Shown here: positions 58,951 to 64,000 of the stretch, piece after piece | Position numbering within the stretch: the first letter of the stretch is position 1 | Layout of the letters: every line of letters starts with the position of its first letter | Assembly (NCBI GenBank): GCA_030019215.1 | Contig: JASEEZ010000001.1 | Span: 84,211-148,210 of the forward strand | Direction of reading: 5' to 3' | DNA length: 64,000 bases | Source: Actinomycetota bacterium | GTDB lineage: Bacteria; Actinomycetota; Aquicultoria; Subteraquimicrobiales; UBA9087 | Position numbers and translations under genes: made by a program | Notes under the pieces: generated by a model | The model's input: only the letters and a program-made list of their open reading frames with translations | Told to the model about the DNA's origin: nothing | The model's database searches: none

Positions 58951-59896
58951 TCAGGAGATATAGAATGGCCATTCTAACGGCTACCCCGTTGGCCACTTGA
59001 TCGGTAACTACAGACTGAGGTAGGTCAGCCACCTCCGCGGTTATCTCTATTCCCCGATTCATGGGACCCGGGTGCATGATTAAAGCATTTTTCTTGAGTC
59101 TGCCCGCCCGCTCCTCATTCAGACCAAATAAGGCAGCGTACTCCCTCAGTGATGGAAAGAGGGTCTCAGTCTGGCGCTCCAGTTGAATTCGCAGAGCATA
59201 GACCACGTCAGCCTGGCCCAAAACGGTGTCCAGATCATAGCTCACCTCACAGCCCATCTCCCCTATCCCCATGGGAATGAGAGTAGGTGGCCCCACGACC
59301 GTCACCCTCGCCCCCAGCTTAGTCAGAGCCAGGATGTTCGAGCGAGCAACCCGACTGTGGGCAATATCCCCAATGACGACAACTTGCAAACCCTCAATCT
59401 TTCCTAATCGCTCTTTGATCGTGAACAGGTCCAAAAGCGCCTGGGTGGGGTGCTCATGAGCTCCATCGCCCGCGTTAATCACCCCGCACTCAATCAACTT
59501 AGCGAGAAAATGGGGAGCGCCAGCGGCGGAATGCCTCATCACCACCAGGTCGGCATTCATTGCCTCGATGGTCTTGGCGGTATCTTTCAGACACTCCCCT
59601 TTGGCCACTGCACTGGCCCTAGCCGAGATATTTACCACATCAGCGCTCAGGCGTTTCCCTGCCAGTTCGAAAGACACCCTGGTTCTGGTGCTAGGCTCCA
59701 AGAAGAGACTGACAATGGTTCGACCGCGGAGAGTCGGGACCTTCTTTACCGCCCGGGTGGATATCTCCCTAAATGACTCCGCCGTATCCAAGATGAGTTC
59801 GATCTCCTCCCCATCCAACTCCCTGATGCCCAATAAATCCTTGCTTTTAAGCTGCATCCTGCCTCCAGTTTCCATAAAAATACCCCCGATGGACAT
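58928..59896 (-). CDS. pyrB: Aspartate carbamoyltransferase
   Basis: EPSTRTR.SFE, NAGDG.HEHPTQALLD, HSRVARS, MHPGPMNRG. Confidence 0.97.
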   Translation of the reverse strand: MSIGGIFMETGGRMQLKSKDLLGIRELDGEEIELILDTAESFREISTRAVKKVPTLRGRTIVSLFLEPSTRTRVSFELAGKRLSADVVNISARASAVAKGECLKDTAKTIEAMNADLVVMRHSAAGAPHFLAKLIECGVINAGDGAHEHPTQALLDLFTIKERLGKIEGLQVVVIGDIAHSRVARSNILALTKLGARVTVVGPPTLIPMGIGEMGCEVSYDLDTVLGQADVVYALRIQLERQTETLFPSLREYAALFGLNEERAGRLKKNALIMHPGPMNRGIEITAEVADLPQSVVTDQVANGVAVRMAILYLLIGGGEGA

Positions 59897-59903
59897 CGGG
59901 GGC

Positions 59904-60458
59904 TCAAGTCACTTCCTCTCCAAGGATAACGGCATCGATGCCGTCTTCTTCCTCAAGGTTCACCCTCACTTCCTCTCGCTGAGAGGTGGGGATGTTCTTC
60001 CCCACAAAATCGGCCCGAACGGGAAGCTCTCGATGCCCCCGGTCAATCATCACCGCCAACTGAATCGTGGTCGGTCTGCCGAGGTCAAATATCGCATCCA
60101 TGGCCGCCCGGACACTCCTCCCCGTGTACAGGACGTCATCCACCAGAATGATGTCTTTGCCCGTAACATCGAAAGTGATCTCCGTGACGGAGGCCTTCGG
60201 CTGAGGACGGGTGCCTATATCATCTCGGTAAAAGGTTATATCCAGTGCACCCAAAGGCGGGGTTATCCCCTCTATCTCTCCAATCTTTCGAGCCAACCTA
60301 CTGGCGAGATGCACTCCGCGACTCCTGATGCCAACCAGGGCCAAATTTTCAGCGCCTCCGCTTCTCTCCACAATCTCATGGGCAATCCTGGTCAAAGCCC
60401 TCTGAATGGCACCCCTATCCATGATGGTGGTCTTTTCCTTGAAAGCCATCTCAAACAC
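59904..60458 (-). CDS. pyrR: Pyrimidine operon regulator / uracil phosphoribosyltransferase
   Basis: [34 protein letters not shown]. Confidence 0.97.
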   Translation of the reverse strand: MFEMAFKEKTTIMDRGAIQRALTRIAHEIVERSGGAENLALVGIRSRGVHLASRLARKIGEIEGITPPLGALDITFYRDDIGTRPQPKASVTEITFDVTGKDIILVDDVLYTGRSVRAAMDAIFDLGRPTTIQLAVMIDRGHRELPVRADFVGKNIPTSQREEVRVNLEEEDGIDAVILGEEVT

Positions 60459-60469
60459 TCCCCATGCAT

Positions 60470-60562
60470 AAAAAAACGCCTCCTACGAGACGGCAAGAGG
60501 CATTTTGGTTTCGCATATTCTTTTCACTCTCCTTGCTAGCCTCACAGGACTAGACTTAAAGG
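60470..60562 (-). promoter_or_regulatory. PyrR-binding attenuator
   Basis: TTTAA..TAGTCCTGTGAGGCTAG binding loop, then terminator GCCTCTTG..TAGGAGGC-GTTTTTTT. Confidence 0.88.
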
Positions 60563-60567
60563 TTTTT

Positions 60568-61221
60568 TTAAGGATAGCAGAGAAACACCGAGACGTCAAC
60601 AAAAACAAGAACCTCACCAAAAAGGGCACCTTCCGGATTCCCGTCACGCTTTATCGCAGAACCTGAACTGATTGCTGCGGGGTCGATTGGCTGGCGTATC
60701 CGCTTGAGCCAGCTATCTAAGTCCAGTCCGGTTTCGTTGGACGCCGCTACAAGAATATGGGCGGCCGCTTTCGCATCTTCTAAAGCATCGTGATGCGTAA
60801 ATTCGTGCCCAAGCATTCTGCAAACATCATATAGGCCATATCCTTTCCATGCGCACTCTGTCCAAGTACGCCGGGCTACTCGCGCCGAATCGAGCCATAT
60901 GCATTCTGGCGCAGTGATCTCGTAGCGCTGGGCTGCCTGGAGGATCGCCACCCGATCAAAGTGCGTGTGGCAGACAACTACTGTGTCTACAAGATAAGAA
61001 CGAAGCGTATCGGCCAATTCCGGGAACGTTGGGGCACCCTTCACCGTAGACTCGTCGATCCCATGGATTGATACGTTTATATCATCGAAGTAGTCTTCTG
61101 GATCGATATAGCTTTTCCACTCGTCCGCAAGCAGGCCATTCTCGTACTTCGCAAGCCCGATCTGGCAAATCGATGCCATATCAGCATTTGCTGTCTCAAC
61201 GTCGATGGCAACGAAATTCAT
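60568..61221 (-). CDS. DEDDh 3'-5' exonuclease (DnaQ-like), truncated at the start of a BRCT domain
   Basis: FVAIDVETAN, H..FD, HHDALEDA; ends GNPEG.LFGEVLVF then runs into the pyrR promoter. Confidence 0.85.
   Translation of the reverse strand: MNFVAIDVETANADMASICQIGLAKYENGLLADEWKSYIDPEDYFDDINVSIHGIDESTVKGAPTFPELADTLRSYLVDTVVVCHTHFDRVAILQAAQRYEITAPECIWLDSARVARRTWTECAWKGYGLYDVCRMLGHEFTHHDALEDAKAAAHILVAASNETGLDLDSWLKRIRQPIDPAAISSGSAIKRDGNPEGALFGEVLVFVDVSVFLCYP
60571..60599 (-). promoter_or_regulatory. sigma70-type promoter of the pyr operon
   Basis: TTGACG-N17-TATCCT with extended -10 TG. Confidence 0.7.
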
Positions 61222-61245
61222 GGTTTGACCTTACTCCCGATTACT

Positions 61246-61489
61246 CTAAAAGTCAGAGGTAATTTCCAAGGTGGCAATGGTTTCCGATGCCGGACCCCTC
61301 TTGAACTTTAGATACGGAGTCCCATCGTCAAGACAAAGCCGTTCTGCCTCAGTCGTGCTAACAGCCAGGATATCGAACAGAATAAAGCCCCGACCTTCAA
61401 CCAAAAGCTTCTCGTCTTCGCTGTAGCACAAGCACGTCCAGTTCCGGATCAAGTTTGCTGAGCCGTTCCTGAAGCTCTCGAACCTTCAT
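61246..61489 (-). pseudogene. Frameshifted small hypothetical cassette gene
   Basis: GAGGAGG RBS plus MKVRELQERLSKLDPELDVL; continues as CYSEDE...ITSDF in another frame (one extra base near 61429). Confidence 0.55.
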
Positions 61490-61526
61490 TTGTCCTCCTC
61501 CCCTCATAGTGGGGTCGCTTCATACC

Positions 61527-61598
61527 GCCTAACGACCAAGCTCACCTGCCGCTATGGAGCGCAGCGGAATAGCGGTCGGCTGGAGCTCCTTGTTAGGA
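61527..61598 (-). mobile_element. Integron attC site
   Basis: TCCTAAC (R'') ... imperfect palindrome ... GTTAGGC (R'), 72 bp, just after a stop codon. Confidence 0.88.
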
Positions 61599-61604
61599 GG
61601 CTTT

Positions 61605-62012
61605 CTATCCAATTTCGAATTGAACTGACTTGAATGCCTCTTCAAAGTAACGCTTCGGTCGATCTCTGCTGATAATGTACTCGACCAAGTCGAACAGGAA
61701 CAAGATAAGGAAGAAGCCCGTGAAAAAACCCAGGATGAACCAAACCCACGGCCAGCCCCCTAGGGATGAATCACCGTCGACCCGATAGGTCAGTTGATTC
61801 CCTTCTATCTTGATCTTGGCCTCAGCCTTGGTTATCGCTCGTTCCCAAATGGACTTGAGATTGCCCTTTACAGTGATGCCTGTAGGCGTGATCGTGATAT
61901 TCTCGTCCTTGTAGTACTTGGCAAGACTGGTCTTGAGCAATTGGGCTATTGTGTCAACCGTTACGCCATCCTTCTTGATCTCGCATTTTCCGTACACTTC
62001 GAAGTTTGCCAT
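61605..62012 (-). CDS. Hypothetical membrane protein (gene cassette)
   Basis: Bounded by GTTAGGAGGC upstream and its complement GCCTCCTAAC downstream; one hydrophobic segment. Confidence 0.75.
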   Translation of the reverse strand: MANFEVYGKCEIKKDGVTVDTIAQLLKTSLAKYYKDENITITPTGITVKGNLKSIWERAITKAEAKIKIEGNQLTYRVDGDSSLGGWPWVWFILGFFTGFFLILFLFDLVEYIISRDRPKRYFEEAFKSVQFEIG

Positions 62013-62061
62013 TTCTCTTGCCTCCTAACAATAATTAGGTACGCATCATGGATGATTCACG

Positions 62062-62934
62062 CTACGACTCGGGCTCTGGCGCCACACGCCACGAGGCAAG
62101 GCTGGCCCGTGCTTCCTCTTTGGTCTTGAGCCAGCCGTACTCGTGGATCGCCGGTGACCGCCTGAATGTCTGAAGCATCTTCAGATTAAAGCCGAAGCGA
62201 AGGAAGAGTCTCCACTTCTTCCAACGGGTCAGGCGCTTGCCGCCCCCGCTCTTGAACGAGACCACCCGAAACGCATCGTCATAGGCGAAGACTGCGCATG
62301 CGAGGTACAGCACCGGGATGAACATCGCTGACATCACGAATGGCAAGCCAAACGCGAAGAGTGCTTGGGTGTTCAGTAGTTGTTCGTAGTTCCTGACGGC
62401 TTGCCACACCACATAGCCGATCAACGCGAAGCCAACGAATGCCTGAACCCCGCTGAGCAGTCGGTGGGCTGGCTCAGCTCCCTCTTGGCGCTCTGTGACC
62501 GCGACAAGCATCACGAGAATGGTGATTCCGGGAACCACAAGGAGGAATTCGATCCAGAAGTTGAACGGGAAGAGGTCGGACAGGAAGGCAAACAGGACCA
62601 TGACCTCGAGATTCACTAGAACAGTCTTGAGGAAGAACCGCAGGTCATACGTTACGCCTTGGGTAGCCGCGCGGGACACCGAGCCGACGGCGCCGACCGC
62701 GAAGAAAGTCAGCGTGTCGTAGAGCATCGTCGAATCCCAGTATCCAATCCGCCAGAGCCACCAAACCACGGCGACGTTGTAGGCGATGATGACTGTGAAG
62801 AGAGCTAGAAGCTTCGGCGAAAGAAGCGTCTTCAGTAATGACCCGATAGACGAACGAACGCCGTCCATGGTCAGTGCCCACACGATGAATATCGCGAGCC
62901 AAAGCACGATTGCGAGCTGGCGTGAGGTCAGCAC
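62062..62934 (-). CDS. Hypothetical multi-pass membrane protein (gene cassette)
   Basis: About 7 hydrophobic segments; follows an attC R' box. Confidence 0.75.
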   Translation of the reverse strand: MLTSRQLAIVLWLAIFIVWALTMDGVRSSIGSLLKTLLSPKLLALFTVIIAYNVAVVWWLWRIGYWDSTMLYDTLTFFAVGAVGSVSRAATQGVTYDLRFFLKTVLVNLEVMVLFAFLSDLFPFNFWIEFLLVVPGITILVMLVAVTERQEGAEPAHRLLSGVQAFVGFALIGYVVWQAVRNYEQLLNTQALFAFGLPFVMSAMFIPVLYLACAVFAYDDAFRVVSFKSGGGKRLTRWKKWRLFLRFGFNLKMLQTFRRSPAIHEYGWLKTKEEARASLASWRVAPEPES

Positions 62935-63016
62935 TACAGAACCCCCGTGCCGAATGATCGCTACCGCAACAGGATAGCGAGGTGCACTGACATCTCGCGG
63001 CCGGCACCAATGCTGT

Positions 63017-63074
63017 GCCTAACGGGCTGCTCAGCCGCAGCGTTTAAGCTGTCGGCTGGACTAGCGGGTTATGT
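63017..63074 (-). mobile_element. Integron attC site
   Basis: ACATAAC (R'') ..CAGCCG.CAGC-TTAAAC-GCTGCGGCTG.. GTTAGGC (R'), 58 bp. Confidence 0.88.
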
Positions 63075-63088
63075 GCTAAAAGATGGAA

Positions 63089-63844
63089 CTAATCAAGAAT
63101 GACGAATTTCTTCAACAATCCTTGTTGTTCAACATCAGCTTGAATATCGTATCGAATAGCAGCAATAAAAAATTTCGCTTTTCTTTGCCGACGGGAAATT
63201 ACGTTCTTTCCCCATTTCGAGACCAATTTACTGCAGCCTAGAGTACCCATTGGGCCAATACCAGAAAGAACCAATACAGTTTTTTTAGCATCCCACGGCG
63301 ATTCATGGCAAACTACTACACCTTCATTTCCAGAAGCAAATTGTTGCTCGTTCAAAACGAAAGCATTATATCCTTCTCCCCAACGAAAATGGTCGTTTAT
63401 GATTGGTTCCAACCGCCCGAAAATTTGACCCGAAATCATGTTAGAGGAGGGGCTTCCAAAGCAGATAAGGTTATTCTCGAAGCTGAAATTGGGATCAGAA
63501 TCATATGAAACAGTAAAAGTTTTTCGTAGGCTTCCCAAGGTATGCCCGAGCTCAACTTGCCCAATCGCATCCCATGTTCCTGTTACCGGATAGCCACTGT
63601 GTATAAGTACTGCTGATCCATCAGACCTTGGTTTTAATAAAGGAGCTGCTCTTAGGACGCCACCAGGAGTTGGGACTTCTGTGCCTTCCTGAAGCGCATA
63701 TAGATTGCTCGAAACTAAAGTAATTGGGCCTTTAAGTCTAGCGAGAGGATCCCGTTTTCTGAAAAGATTTACATGACTGGCTGCTGTGATCAATATAGGA
63801 GTAACATCAAATTCGATTTCTATATCATGATACCTTACAATCAT
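63089..63844 (-). CDS. Hypothetical protein (gene cassette, AT-rich)
   Basis: GAGAGG RBS; NLICFGSP.SN and SPW....VLVLSG....GT motifs; attC downstream. Confidence 0.75.
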   Translation of the reverse strand: MIVRYHDIEIEFDVTPILITAASHVNLFRKRDPLARLKGPITLVSSNLYALQEGTEVPTPGGVLRAAPLLKPRSDGSAVLIHSGYPVTGTWDAIGQVELGHTLGSLRKTFTVSYDSDPNFSFENNLICFGSPSSNMISGQIFGRLEPIINDHFRWGEGYNAFVLNEQQFASGNEGVVVCHESPWDAKKTVLVLSGIGPMGTLGCSKLVSKWGKNVISRRQRKAKFFIAAIRYDIQADVEQQGLLKKFVILD

Positions 63845-63875
63845 AATTTCCTCTCCCAGTTATGCGTTTCTCGAT

Positions 63876-64000
63876 TTATTTAAGGCCATAGTATTTCAAT
63901 GCAGCTTCACTCAATACCTTTGTGGCTACAGTTACACCCATTTTCCACGTGCCTTGAGCGGCCTTCTTTAAATTTAATGCAATCCAATTTTTTGCTTTCT
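63876..64000 (-). CDS. 3' end of a probable AbiTii-domain-type protein (partial)
   Basis: KAKNWIALNLKKAAQGTWKMGVTVATKVLSEAALKYYGLK*; followed by a lone GCATAAC R''-like box. Confidence 0.55.
   Translation of the reverse strand, partial: KAKNWIALNLKKAAQGTWKMGVTVATKVLSEAALKYYGLK

Overview
Mostly minus-strand housekeeping DNA from what looks like a deep-branching Actinomycetota genome (actinobacterial mIHF, bS22 and RpoZ; pyrR-pyrBC-carAB-pyrKDFE-mihF-gmk-rpoZ-coaBC-metK / priA-def-fmt-rsmB-rpe-ribDEBAH-gltX and tilS-hpt-ftsH-folEPK-nadABC synteny). It carries three tRNAs, FMN, SAM-I and c-di-GMP-I riboswitches, a PyrR attenuator and a probable pan leader. Highlights: (1) 33-36 bp micro-elements whose internal 3-nt slots alternately copy and reverse-complement their own target triplet, one of them inserted in frame in tilS, within a dense set of nested palindromes, MITEs and heptamer arrays plus a RAYT transposase; (2) a c-di-GMP module in which two sigma28/WhiG-type promoters drive an orphan binding protein plus an HD-GYP sensor, and a riboswitch-gated Cys-rich small ORF, with a third such promoter ahead of a candidate sRNA; (3) integron-type gene cassettes with attC sites at the right end; (4) an archaeal-type XPF/ERCC4 nuclease gene between tRNA-Gln and tRNA-Glu, bracketed by inverted repeats; (5) a CarA lacking its whole glutaminase triad. 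All calls come from reading motifs by eye; no database search was run.
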